Positions 51,780 to 62,037 are shown, counted from the first letter of the stretch. The stretch: DNA of 62,090 nt from an uncultured bacterium (GCA_964010765.1 CAXGMD010000011.1:1-62090); one strand, 5' to 3'. Numbers and translations are program-made. The notes: generated from the sequence alone by a model not told the origin.

Positions 51780-52684
51780 GTGCTCTCTGCAGAATTCACT
51801 GAAGAGCATTCTTCTGAAGGAATCACATCCACCGCTTGAGAACAGGACTGGCTTCCACTTAAGCGCATCACCCCCCTGATCGGTGCGACATCAGCATAAT
51901 CCCGCCCCCTCGCAATCAGAATGTACTCATCTCCGACAAACTGGTTGTTTGTCGGGTCATATTCTACCCAACCGACCTCAGGACCACACCATGCCATTAC
52001 CCAAGCATGCATGGCATCTGCTCCCTCTAGCCTTGGCTTTCCAGCTGGTGGAGTAGTACGAAGTAAACCACTGACATATCCAGCAGGAATCCCAATTGAT
52101 CGCAAACAGGCAATCATGATTTGACTGTAGTCCTGACAGACGCCTTTTCTTAGGGCAAAGGCAGCTTCAGGGGTGGTTTCGGCGGAAGTAACCGAGTCAT
52201 CAAATTGCATTTCCCTGTGAAGACGATTGCCAATTTCCTGAATCGACTCGAAAACATCATTTTTCTTTACAATAAATTTTAAGGAAAACTCTTTAAAAAT
52301 TGAAAGAAGGCTGATTCTCTCTGAATTCCCCAAAAAATGATGCGGAGACAAGGCAGACAAATTTTGGAAATTCGCTATTGCATTCTCCAATTCAACAAAA
52401 TTAATTGAAATTTTGGGGTTTTTAGGGGCAACGCGCTCCACACAGGCTACTAATTTAAAACTCAACTCCTTAAGCGCATCCTGAAAAAACATCTCCTGAG
52501 TTCGGTTCCCAAAGAAGTCCAGATATTCGCTCTTTTCAAAGGCTTCAGGTTGGTTTTGGACACTGAAATATTGGATTTTTTGGACGTCTGGTAAATCTAA
52601 AGGCTCGATACATAACCGATGACGTCCACCCGTCACGAACTCATCATATTTATGGCTTAATTTGAGGCGAATATTGTACAGCAC
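51776..52684 (-). CDS. transglutaminase-like family protein
   Basis: DFFGN N-domain; GVCQD, YVSG, HAW and DPTN (intact C-H-D triad); GRDYADVAP. Confidence 0.93.
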   Translation of the reverse strand: MLYNIRLKLSHKYDEFVTGGRHRLCIEPLDLPDVQKIQYFSVQNQPEAFEKSEYLDFFGNRTQEMFFQDALKELSFKLVACVERVAPKNPKISINFVELENAIANFQNLSALSPHHFLGNSERISLLSIFKEFSLKFIVKKNDVFESIQEIGNRLHREMQFDDSVTSAETTPEAAFALRKGVCQDYSQIMIACLRSIGIPAGYVSGLLRTTPPAGKPRLEGADAMHAWVMAWCGPEVGWVEYDPTNNQFVGDEYILIARGRDYADVAPIRGVMRLSGSQSCSQAVDVIPSEECSSVNSAEST

Positions 52685-52689
52685 TGTTC

Positions 52690-55059
52690 TCAGTTGAAAT
52701 AGGCTGTAGAAAGTTGATCTGAAAAGCTACGGAGAGTTTCTGACAACTTTGGAAATGGAAAATCGTTGAAATCGTTACGTTGTCGAAAATTCATAAGAGA
52801 AAGGAAATGCTCCAGCGTTAGCTCCATTTCAACTTTACTATTAGAATTATGGACATCAGGAAGCTTTGCCAACAATTCCTTTATTTCCAAAAGATTGAAT
52901 CGAATTGAGCGTGGATTCCGTGAATCCATTACCAATAAGTCAACAACATTCGAAAAATCTGCAATCCCCCAATAGCGACGATGGAGTATCATTTGGCTAT
53001 CACCTAGTTCAATTGCTAACTCTGTTGCTCCTGTAGGTGAATTTTCACCCAATAAAACCTCCAGATTCTGTAGGTCCAGGAGAATTCTTTCAATGGAGCG
53101 GCCAAGACATAAAAAACGCCAGCCTTTGAATCGATACATGTTTTCATGTACCAATCCGGAAAAAGCGGAGCACTGTCGCAATAGTGAGCCAAACAGACTA
53201 GCAGCTGCATCACCGGTCGGATTCTGTGGAATTGCACTTTGGATTTTTTCTTCCAAATCTCGCAATGCCATCCAGCCATCATAGGAGAATCGGTCCTTCA
53301 CTTTACTTGCACTCTGAATGGCGTTTCCTACGGCTAAATTAAGATAGGGCTGGAAAAACTCCGGCTGCCAAATTCCAAATTTGCGTAGCAACGATTCGGA
53401 GAGATCCAATAATGGATTCTCAGCAGTACCCAACTCGGCGCATCGCGTGTGGTATGCTCTCAACAACCTCAGTAATCCCTCCATTCTTTCGACGTATCTT
53501 CCCAACCAGTAAAGATTATCTGCGGTCCTTGATGGCAAATATTCAGAGTGCCTCAGTTGATCTGCAACTGCACCAGATGAGGGATTCAGAATATAGTTTT
53601 CAGTGGGCTTTTTGCTCTTCACCCATACATCGGCAACGGTTCCTCCTTTTTGCAAAGAAATGGAATCTTCCCGATCAATAGCTCCGATACGAGCAAGCCC
53701 ACCCGGCAGCACCTCCCAACCGTCAGTTGTCCGCACTAAAAACATACGCAAAGTCATTGGTGCTGCTGCTAATTTACCGTCACGATAAACCGGTGTTGTG
53801 GAAAGAGAAGCCCGTTCTTGTGCCACAAACAAGTTGCCACCAGTACCAGAAAACCATGAGCAATCTTCTGTAGACAAGTGTTCAGTAGGTCCACCCATTT
53901 CAAAAGGAAGGCTGGAAGAGAAAGCTGGAGCAAAATTCCAAAGGTCTCTTTCTTCTCTAAATCTTAATTTGAACTCTGGATCCCCACTCCAAAAACTTTT
54001 GAGATTCGGCAGCTTCAATTCTTCTTCTAGCAAAAGTTCACAGAGCTCTGGTAAGAAAGCTGACCAAATACGATTTTCCAAAACCCCACTGCCTAACCCA
54101 TTCACGAGAGTCACTTCCTGTTTGCGAATTGCACCTATTAATCCCGGAGTTCCCAATTTTGAATTTTCCTTCAATTCCAAGGGATCGGCATAAGCACCAT
54201 CGATGCGGCGCCAAACCACTCTCAAGGGCAGCAATCCATCCACGGTTTTCACAAGTAGCTGACCATCCTTTACGGTAAGATCTTCACCTTCCAACAACAT
54301 CAGCCCCAAAAATCGGGCGATGTAGGTGTGTTCGAAGTAACCTTCATTCATGGGTCCTGGGGAAAGTATGCCGACTGATCCATCAGCAACTGGATTGAGC
54401 CCTTGCAACATCTTTCTGAATTTTCCAAAAAAAGGAGCTAACCGGTAGATGGACATTTTCTGGAAAATTTCTGCGAAAACTCGAGTTGTCGCCACCCTGT
54501 TTTCAAGAGCAAAAGCAATCCCAGAAGGAGCTTGAACGCGATCAGACAGCACAAGCCACCTTCCAGAACGATCTCGCCCAAGATCGAAAGCCAAGTAATA
54601 GAGAAACTCCTCTCCTCTGGGATTCAAACCAACCAAAGGTCGTAACCACTCAGGGTTCAGTGCTAGGCAAGCTGCGGGTACTTTCCCTTCCCGTACAAGT
54701 CGATTGGGTCCATAGAAATCCTTTAGCAATGATTCGAGAAGATTGGCACGCTGAACCAACCCTTCCCCTAGAGCAACCCATTCATTTTCCTCTAACATCA
54801 CCGGAAGATTATTGAGGGGCCAATCTCTTTGAGTTGAAACTCCCTCACTGTACTGACGATAAAACACCCCCGCATCGCGCAAATATTGGTTTCCTCTCGC
54901 AAATTGTGCTGCAACATTCTCCGTTCCCAACAAATTCCAATGTTCCATGAATTCTGCCCAAGCAGGTCGTAAGCTACCATCCGGCTGGACCATTTCATCC
55001 AGTTTCTGTTCTTGGACAAAGTAACTTTCTGGGACTGTCAACATATTATGTATCAACAC
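52690..55059 (-). CDS. circularly permuted ATP-grasp type 2 fused to an alpha-E domain
   Basis: GLVQRA, APSG..ALENR, WRRID, PGGLAR, then SRTADNLYWLGRYVER and GRSIER. Confidence 0.9.
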   Translation of the reverse strand: MLIHNMLTVPESYFVQEQKLDEMVQPDGSLRPAWAEFMEHWNLLGTENVAAQFARGNQYLRDAGVFYRQYSEGVSTQRDWPLNNLPVMLEENEWVALGEGLVQRANLLESLLKDFYGPNRLVREGKVPAACLALNPEWLRPLVGLNPRGEEFLYYLAFDLGRDRSGRWLVLSDRVQAPSGIAFALENRVATTRVFAEIFQKMSIYRLAPFFGKFRKMLQGLNPVADGSVGILSPGPMNEGYFEHTYIARFLGLMLLEGEDLTVKDGQLLVKTVDGLLPLRVVWRRIDGAYADPLELKENSKLGTPGLIGAIRKQEVTLVNGLGSGVLENRIWSAFLPELCELLLEEELKLPNLKSFWSGDPEFKLRFREERDLWNFAPAFSSSLPFEMGGPTEHLSTEDCSWFSGTGGNLFVAQERASLSTTPVYRDGKLAAAPMTLRMFLVRTTDGWEVLPGGLARIGAIDREDSISLQKGGTVADVWVKSKKPTENYILNPSSGAVADQLRHSEYLPSRTADNLYWLGRYVERMEGLLRLLRAYHTRCAELGTAENPLLDLSESLLRKFGIWQPEFFQPYLNLAVGNAIQSASKVKDRFSYDGWMALRDLEEKIQSAIPQNPTGDAAASLFGSLLRQCSAFSGLVHENMYRFKGWRFLCLGRSIERILLDLQNLEVLLGENSPTGATELAIELGDSQMILHRRYWGIADFSNVVDLLVMDSRNPRSIRFNLLEIKELLAKLPDVHNSNSKVEMELTLEHFLSLMNFRQRNDFNDFPFPKLSETLRSFSDQLSTAYFN

Positions 55060-55077
55060 TGTAGGTAGGGTACGCGT

Positions 55078-58000
55078 TCAGAACTGAGGGGCTCTTCGCA
55101 AATCAAGTGTCAAGGGGAACTCTGGATGGGGAATTTCATTCTGGATTTGATACCCAGCGGCAGTATGACCGAAAGCTTCAAAGCGAGCGAGTCTGCGAGC
55201 TTGCGCTTCGTATTCATTGACAGGGAAACTTTGATAATTTCGCCCCCCTGGATGTGCGACATGATATCGACAGCCGCCAATTATACTGTCTGAATATCGG
55301 TCAAACAAATCAAACACCAAGGGAGATTGGACCGGTAAAGTTGGATGTAGTGCCTCCGGAGGCTGCCAAGCTTTGAAGCGGACCCCAGCAACAGCAGCAT
55401 CTTTTTGTTCAGTCAATCGGAGGGGAACCTTTCTCTGATTACAGGCGAGGAGATACCTCTCAGGGTCTGCTGCTGCGAGCTTGACCTGTAACCGTTCCAC
55501 AGAACTGTCTGTGTAGCGAACTGTTCCCCCGATCGCTCCCATTTCTCCGAGAACAGGCCAGGGCTCCAGAGCTTGACGTAATTCAAGGTGAACCCCTTCA
55601 TAATTAACCTCTCCATAGAATGGGAAGCGAAACTCAACTTGAGCTTCATACCACTCCGGTTGGAATAGGAATCCGCTTTCTCGCAAATCTTTCAGCACCT
55701 CAAGAAAATCCTGCCAGACGTAGTAAGGTAACATGAACCGATCCTGCAAACTTGTGCCCCATCTCGCAAAGGTTCCCTTGATCGGGTTTTCCCAAAATTT
55801 TGCCAAAAGTCCCCGGATTAGGAGTTGTTGTGCCAAACTCATTCGGGGATCAGGTGGCATTTCAAAACCACGAAATTCTACCAAACCAAGACGTCCCGTC
55901 GTGGTATCCGGTGAATAGAGTTTATCGATGCAGATCTCAGAACGATGTGTGTTTCCACTCACATCTGTTAACAAATTTCGAAGAAGCCGATCCAACAACC
56001 ATGGTCGCGGAATTTCACCTTTTGTGTTGTCAGGAATCTGCGCTAAAGCTGTCTCCAACTCATAAAGACTTTCATGTCTAGCTTCATCTGGCCTGGGAGT
56101 CTGAGATGTTGGCCCAATAAACAACCCGGAAAAGAGATAGGAAAGGCTGGGATGGCGCTGCCAATAGAGGAGTAAGCTCCTTAGCAAATCAGGGCGCCGT
56201 AAAAAAGGGCTATCCTCTGGGGTACTTCCTCCAACAACAATGTGATTCCCACCTCCAGTACCAGTATGTCTTCCATCCAACATGAATTTCTCTGCTCCAA
56301 GCCGAACCTGGCGAGCCTCTTCGTAAACAGTCTTTGTGATACTCAGGCAATCTGACCAAGTTGATGCAGGGTGAATGTTGACTTCCAGAACCCCAGGGTC
56401 AGGGGCAACACGAATGACATTCAAGCGAGAATCGTTAGGTGGAGAGTATCCTTCCAATTGGATTGGGAGATTTGTCTCTTCAGCTGACAGTTCAATTGCC
56501 TGAACCAATTCCAGGTAATCTTCCAGAGATGAAGTTGGGGGAAGAAAGACACATAGTTTCCCTTCACGTGCTTCGACAGTCAAAGCTGTCCGAACAGATT
56601 CCTTAGAAAATTCAGATTTTTCATCATTTGCCAAACTCAACTTCTTAGGGAAACTCATCAAGTTCAGGTGGCTTTTCTCTAAAGTCCTTGAAAAAATAGG
56701 CAATAGCTCTCTAGCAGCAAAAGGATCTGGCGAAACGATGTAGGGGAATTGTTCTGGTGGTAAATAAGGGAGCGCTGTCAGCGGAAGGCGGTAGCCGATG
56801 GAGCTGTCACCGGGAGCGACAAACAGATTGCCTCGACGAGTCTTCCATTTTTCTGAGATCCAGCGGTTTGGACTTCTGTCATTGGATTGCCAGCGCTGAA
56901 TTGGCAAAACATATCCCACTGGATTTCTGAGACCTTCTGAAAAGACTTTGGCGAGTCTTCTTCGGGAATCCTCGTCGTCCAGTTCTGCATTTTGTGGGTT
57001 CAAGTTTTCTGGCAGGTTTGCTTCTTTGAATAACCACTCTGCAGGATCCTCATAAGCCGGTTGAACAAAGTCAGGATCTACAGCTAATTGGATCGCAATT
57101 TTTCTGAGCAACAACTCTGCATCGTCTAAATTTAATTCTGTTGGGCTCGCCTCGCCAGCAAACAAGGCTTCATTCTCCCAAAGTGAATGCCCATCCGCCC
57201 TCCAGTAAAGAGAAAATGTCCACCTTGGTAGGGTCTCACCGGGATACCATTTTCCATGACCATAATGGAGCAAACCACTGGGAGCAAAGTGATCCCTTAG
57301 TCTTCTAATGAGCTGATCTGCTCGGTTTTTTTTCTGTTCTCCGTTAGCTGCTGTGCTCCACTCATCAGATTCAAAGTCATCAATTGAAACAAAGGTGGGC
57401 TCACCACCCATTGTTAAACGAACATCATTCCTTTGAAGATCTTCATCAATTTGATATCCGAGACGGTTGAGCGCTTGCCATGAACTTTCACTGAAGGGCT
57501 TGGTAATTCTGGGATGCTCTTCAATCCTGTTCACCTGCATGTCATAGCGGAAGTCTACTTTTGTCGGACCAGTAGCTCCACTCAGGGGGGCTGCGTTTCG
57601 GTAATGTGGAGTAGCAGCCAGAGGAATGTGACTCTCTCCGGCTAATAGTCCAGATGTTGGATCTAGCCCTACCCAACCGGCACCGGGAAGATAGACCTCA
57701 CACCATGCATGTAGATCGGTAAAGTCATGATCGGTACCAGACGGACCGTCTATCGCCTCCACATCTGGTTTGAGCTGGATCAGATAACCGGAAACAAATC
57801 TGGCAGCCAAGCCGAGTTCTCGAAAAATCTGAACCAGTAACCAGCTGCTGTCACGACAAGACCCCTGTCCCAAGGAAAGAGTCTCTTCAGGAGACTGTAC
57901 TCCTGGCTCCATTCGAATGACATAGGTCACTTCGTTAGCGATGCGCCGATTGATTTCTACCAAAAAATCAACAGTAGGCTTTGGCTCTCGATCAATAGAA

Positions 58001-58395
58001 TTCACCCATTCTTTTAAAAGAGGACCGGACTCTTCTTTGTGCAAGTAAATCTGTAAGTCATCCTTGAATTCCTCTTGGTAGCAGAAAGGCCACTCCACGG
58101 CAGCTTCTTCGATGAAAAAGTCGAAGGGATTGTATACGGTCAAATCTGCGGTCAGGTTAACCTCAATCTTCAGTTCCCGAACTGGATCCGGAAAAACATA
58201 GCGAGCGAGCCAGTTCCCGTATGGATCCTGCTGATGATTTAGGAAATGTGGCTGAGGATTGACCTCCAGCGAGTGAGAGAGAATTTTGGTGCGAGAATGG
58301 GGCGCTGGCCTCAGTCGAATCAGCTGTGGGCCGATGGAGATCGCCCGATCATAAAGGTAGTAGGTTAAGTGGTAGATGCTGGCTTTGATTGACAT
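55078..58395 (-). CDS. transglutaminase fused to DUF2126 (putative amidoligase)
   Basis: DPYGN, GSCRDS, LHAW, DPTSG; then TMGGEPTF, PDPGVLEVN, GTGGGNH, HRSEICIDK, EFRGFE. Confidence 0.92.
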   Translation of the reverse strand: MSIKASIYHLTYYLYDRAISIGPQLIRLRPAPHSRTKILSHSLEVNPQPHFLNHQQDPYGNWLARYVFPDPVRELKIEVNLTADLTVYNPFDFFIEEAAVEWPFCYQEEFKDDLQIYLHKEESGPLLKEWVNSIDREPKPTVDFLVEINRRIANEVTYVIRMEPGVQSPEETLSLGQGSCRDSSWLLVQIFRELGLAARFVSGYLIQLKPDVEAIDGPSGTDHDFTDLHAWCEVYLPGAGWVGLDPTSGLLAGESHIPLAATPHYRNAAPLSGATGPTKVDFRYDMQVNRIEEHPRITKPFSESSWQALNRLGYQIDEDLQRNDVRLTMGGEPTFVSIDDFESDEWSTAANGEQKKNRADQLIRRLRDHFAPSGLLHYGHGKWYPGETLPRWTFSLYWRADGHSLWENEALFAGEASPTELNLDDAELLLRKIAIQLAVDPDFVQPAYEDPAEWLFKEANLPENLNPQNAELDDEDSRRRLAKVFSEGLRNPVGYVLPIQRWQSNDRSPNRWISEKWKTRRGNLFVAPGDSSIGYRLPLTALPYLPPEQFPYIVSPDPFAARELLPIFSRTLEKSHLNLMSFPKKLSLANDEKSEFSKESVRTALTVEAREGKLCVFLPPTSSLEDYLELVQAIELSAEETNLPIQLEGYSPPNDSRLNVIRVAPDPGVLEVNIHPASTWSDCLSITKTVYEEARQVRLGAEKFMLDGRHTGTGGGNHIVVGGSTPEDSPFLRRPDLLRSLLLYWQRHPSLSYLFSGLFIGPTSQTPRPDEARHESLYELETALAQIPDNTKGEIPRPWLLDRLLRNLLTDVSGNTHRSEICIDKLYSPDTTTGRLGLVEFRGFEMPPDPRMSLAQQLLIRGLLAKFWENPIKGTFARWGTSLQDRFMLPYYVWQDFLEVLKDLRESGFLFQPEWYEAQVEFRFPFYGEVNYEGVHLELRQALEPWPVLGEMGAIGGTVRYTDSSVERLQVKLAAADPERYLLACNQRKVPLRLTEQKDAAVAGVRFKAWQPPEALHPTLPVQSPLVFDLFDRYSDSIIGGCRYHVAHPGGRNYQSFPVNEYEAQARRLARFEAFGHTAAGYQIQNEIPHPEFPLTLDLRRAPQF

Positions 58396-58424
58396 GACAG
58401 ATCATCAAGAACAAGGAAATCTCA

Positions 58425-59173
58425 TCATTCTTGCCAGTCAGGATCAGGTGCTTGCTGGTAAGCGTGTTGGAGCGCAGAAGACCAATATCCTCTCAGATTT
58501 TGAAAATATGGGTCGGTTTCATCAATTCTTCTCCGCATCGAAGAATGAAAGGAATCTCGTTCGTAGATTAGCAGATCCACAGGCATTCCTACGGAGAGAT
58601 TACTGCGTAAGGTTGAATCCATTGAGATCAACGACAGCTTGATCCCATCTTGGATAGACGTTTGGTATTTAACCACTCGATCCAAAATTGGCTTCCCATA
58701 CTTGTGCTCCCCGATTTGCAGAAAAGGCGTATCAATTGTTGCTTCTATGAAGTTACCAGCAGAATAGATCTGAAATAGGCGCATTGGCTCACCTCGAATT
58801 TGACCACCCAAGAGCAAAGATACCTGAAAGCCCGCCCCTTGAGCTTCCAATGCTTTCCCATCATGCTGATAGACCTCGCGCACCGCGTCACCAACTAATT
58901 CAGCTGCTTGGTACAAGTCAGCTACCTCTCTCAGATTTTTTGGTGATTTTTCCACCTCTTCATTCAACCTAAGATTCGAACTCGTTACACGATGAAGAAC
59001 AGCTTGCGTCACCGCCAGATTCCCAGAAGAGAGCAAGACAATCAGACGTTCCTGATCCTCATGAAAATGGTGCATTTTGCAATAAGTAGAGACATTATCA
59101 ACACCGGCGTTAGTCCGAGTATCTGAGAGAAAGACAAGCCCTTCTCAAGATAAAGTCCAAGACAATAGGTCAT
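58425..59173 (-). pseudogene. Anbu proteasome-type Ntn protease, frameshifted (1 nt missing near 59139-59146)
   Basis: ATG 59173 reads MTYCLGLYLEK. The conserved GLVFLSDTRTNAGVDNVST...SGNLA...GEHKYGKPILDR...SMDSTLRSNLSVG continues in another frame. Total length is 749 nt. Confidence 0.88.
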
Positions 59174-59201
59174 GTATTCCTACTAATGCTCACAAGTTGA
59201 T

Positions 59202-60152
59202 TCACATTAAAAAATCTTTATGAATTTGGTCATTCAATTCGTAATTCCGATCAATAAAGCGGGTCAAAAACTCATGCAACCCTTGCTGAAAGATATCTTG
59301 AATACGGCCAAATGCTAGTTCCGCATGCATCTGTCCTGAAAGCCGATGGCATTCCTGCTGGAGTCCATAAATTTCAGAAAGATTCATCAAGTGTTTTCTC
59401 AATTCTCCGAGGCAGGCAACAAGTGATCGAGGCATTTCTACACGAAGGGTCAAGAGCTCGGCAATTAGCCAGGGGCGGTAGCTTTCCCTGTAGAGATGAC
59501 GATAACTGCGGTGTGCAGCGACTGCCCTTAGAATGGAAGCCCATTGATAATAATCCAAAGTGCCTCCAACAGGCGCATGTTCTGGCAGCAGGATATGGTA
59601 CTTAACATCAAGAATTCTTGCTGTATTGTCAGCTCTCTCTAGGTAAGTCCCCATCCTGATGAACGCAAACGCGTCATCACGCAACATGGTTCCAATCACG
59701 GCACCATGAAATTGCAGAGAACGCTCACGCACCCAATCCAACAACACTCTAAGGTTGTTTCCTTCCAACGGAGTTTCAGACCTCTTAGAGAATTCTAGCC
59801 AAGTGTCATTGATGCTTTCCCAGACCTCAGTAGTCAGGTTTGAGCGAACCATCCTGGCATTTCGCCGGGCTGTTTCAAAACAGGACCACACACTTGATGG
59901 ATTGTTCTGATCAAAAATCAAATACGATTGAATCTGCTGACCACGAATCTCCTCAAATTTTTTAAGATAACCTTCTTCATTACCGGACGTAATCAATGCT
60001 GAATGCCACTCACTGCCTGGCCCTGGCCCCTCTGGATTCGCAGAGGGCATTAAGGACATTCTGTCAGCCACCTCCATCACTCGTGCAAGGTTTCCAGCCC
60101 TCTCCACGTAGCGAGCCATCCAGTAAAGATTTGAAGCTGTTCGACTGAGCAT
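59202..60152 (-). CDS. alpha-E domain protein
   Basis: MLSRTASNLYWMARYVERA, GTYLERAD, RILDVKY, PRS. Confidence 0.93.
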   Translation of the reverse strand: MLSRTASNLYWMARYVERAGNLARVMEVADRMSLMPSANPEGPGPGSEWHSALITSGNEEGYLKKFEEIRGQQIQSYLIFDQNNPSSVWSCFETARRNARMVRSNLTTEVWESINDTWLEFSKRSETPLEGNNLRVLLDWVRERSLQFHGAVIGTMLRDDAFAFIRMGTYLERADNTARILDVKYHILLPEHAPVGGTLDYYQWASILRAVAAHRSYRHLYRESYRPWLIAELLTLRVEMPRSLVACLGELRKHLMNLSEIYGLQQECHRLSGQMHAELAFGRIQDIFQQGLHEFLTRFIDRNYELNDQIHKDFLM

Positions 60153-60164
60153 CTGTGTCTCCGT

Positions 60165-61583
60165 TTAGTCTTGAAGTACCCAGGTGTCCTTGGTTCCACC
60201 CCCCTGGCTACTGTTCACAACCAGGGATCCCTTTCGCAGTGCAACTCGAGTCAATCCCCCTGGCACTACCTTAGTGCTTGCTCCACTTAAGACGAAAGGC
60301 CGCAAATCAACGTGGCGCGGGGCGATTCCCTCCTCAACAAGCGTGGGGCAAGCGCTCAATGCCAAAGTTGGTTGAGCAACAAACACTTCCGGTTGTTCTT
60401 TCAGTTTTTTCCGAAACACCTCGCATTTCTCTCTGGTGGCAGACGGCCCAACCAGCATTCCGTAACCACCAGAACCATGAACTTCCTTGACGACCAACTC
60501 TTCAAGATGCTCCAACACGTATTGCAATTCATCACTTCTACTGCATTGCCATGTTGGCACATTACGCAGCAACGGCGTTTCACCAAGATAAAAATGAATC
60601 ATCGTTGGAACATGTGTGTAGATTGCCTTGTCGTCAGCGATACCCGTCCCCACGGCATTAGCAAGGTTGACGTTCCCATTGCGATAACACTCCATCAAAC
60701 CGGGTACACCCAACATGGACTCTGGACGAAACACTTGGGGATCCAGATAGGCATCATCAATCCTGCGATAGATGACATCTACTCTTTTTGGACCAAGAGT
60801 GGTCCGCATATAAACCACATCATTTTTTACGAATAGATCCGCACCTTCCACCAACTCAACACCCATCTGATCCGCAAGAAAGCTGTGTTCATAGTAAGCA
60901 CTGTTGTAACTTCCTGGAGAAAGTACAACGACCGTGGGCTCTTGCTGACAATGAACTGGTGGTACTGACTGTAAAGTTGCCAGCAGATCCTCTGCGTAAT
61001 GCTCCACAGGTGCAATGCGGTAGCGCCCCATCAACTCTGGAATCAAGCGCATTGACGCCTCTCGATTCTCTAGCATGTATGAGACTCCCGAAGGAGTTCG
61101 TACGTTGTCTTCTAAAACATAGAACTCCTCAGGACCCACTCTGACCATGTCAATTCCGGCAATATGAGTGTACACCTGATTTGGAACAGAAACTTGCTGC
61201 ATCTTGGAAATGTAGGCCGGATTTTGCAGAACTAACTGCCTAGGAACCTTTTCAGCATTAAGGATTTCCTGTTCATGATACACATCCGCAAGAAAGGCGT
61301 TGAGGGCTCGGACTCTTTGCTCTAATCCTCTCTCTAAAAATCGCCATTCCTCAGCAGCAACCAATCTTGGTAGTACATCAAATGGGATGAGGCGCTCCGG
61401 ATCTCCTCCCTCCCCATAGACAGCAAAAGTGATCCCCAGTCGCCGAAAAATGGCCTCGGCTTCCTCAGAACGTAATCGCAGAAGTTCCATTGGTGTGGCC
61501 TTCAACCAAGCTGCTAACTCCCCATACAGCGGTCGGACCTCTCCTACTTCATCAAACAATTCGTTGAAGAACTTCTGATCCAT
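60165..61583 (-). CDS. circularly permuted ATP-grasp type 2 protein
   Basis: LEDNVRTPSGVSY, YRRIDD, GIADDK, KEVHGSGGYG, PGGLTRVAL, NSSQGGGTKDTWV. Confidence 0.95.
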   Translation of the reverse strand: MDQKFFNELFDEVGEVRPLYGELAAWLKATPMELLRLRSEEAEAIFRRLGITFAVYGEGGDPERLIPFDVLPRLVAAEEWRFLERGLEQRVRALNAFLADVYHEQEILNAEKVPRQLVLQNPAYISKMQQVSVPNQVYTHIAGIDMVRVGPEEFYVLEDNVRTPSGVSYMLENREASMRLIPELMGRYRIAPVEHYAEDLLATLQSVPPVHCQQEPTVVVLSPGSYNSAYYEHSFLADQMGVELVEGADLFVKNDVVYMRTTLGPKRVDVIYRRIDDAYLDPQVFRPESMLGVPGLMECYRNGNVNLANAVGTGIADDKAIYTHVPTMIHFYLGETPLLRNVPTWQCSRSDELQYVLEHLEELVVKEVHGSGGYGMLVGPSATREKCEVFRKKLKEQPEVFVAQPTLALSACPTLVEEGIAPRHVDLRPFVLSGASTKVVPGGLTRVALRKGSLVVNSSQGGGTKDTWVLQD

Positions 61584-61708
61584 CCATTACTCCTGAAAAT
61601 CAATCTTTGCTGATGAGTTTATGATTCTTCAAATCTGCTGATTCCAGAACAACACCATAATTTTATTATCTACTTTCAGTAACTTATGCAAATTCAGCTG
61701 AAAGTTTC

Positions 61709-61725
61709 TGCTAAAATATTGTGCA
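61709..61725. promoter_or_regulatory. possible NtrC-like binding site upstream of the ATP-grasp operon
   Basis: TGCTAAAATATTGTGCA compared with consensus TGCAC-N7-GTGCA: one perfect half-site and an AT-rich spacer. Confidence 0.3.
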
Positions 61726-61865
61726 CTTTGATAAAGAGATGAGCAATGTCAACCAGAAGCTGATCAGGCGAGAAAAGGGCATCATCAATTGATGATCCAC
61801 ACAAACGATCAGTCACACACCCAGAGGTGGAAGTTCCTCAGGGTTGAGAAATGTCTTTAAAGGGC

Positions 61866-61901
61866 AGAAACAGCTGACCCAATCACAGGGTGAGGGCCAG
61901 C
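61866..61901 (-). terminator. hairpin after the aldehyde dehydrogenase tail
   Basis: Minus strand GCTGGCCC-TCAC-CCT-GTGA-TT-GGGTCAGC then TGTTTCT. Confidence 0.55.
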
Positions 61902-61911
61902 CTTTTAGGGC

Positions 61912-62037
61912 TCAGTGCTTGATCATCACATGACGAGGGATTGTGTAATCCTCCAGTGAATACATCGACATATCCTTGCCGTATCCGGAATGTTTCAGGC
62001 CACCATGAGGCATCTCATTGACCAACATGAAATGTGT
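61912..62037 (-). pseudogene. patD: 3' fragment of gamma-aminobutyraldehyde dehydrogenase (PatD/YdcW-like)
   Basis: THFMLVNEMPHGGLKHSGYGKDMSMYSLEDYTIPRHVMIKH*. The upstream frame is open but reads EIHPRRISPVLLSNDCT instead of the expected ...GCTWVN. Confidence 0.7.

Noticed and set aside
59139..59146. Programmed -1 ribosomal frameshift in the Anbu gene
   Set aside because: No slippery heptamer or evident stimulatory structure; a mutation or sequencing error is more parsimonious.
61686..61706. Sigma54 promoter for the ATP-grasp operon
   Set aside because: A TTGCA -12 element is present on the minus strand, but the -24 GG is absent.
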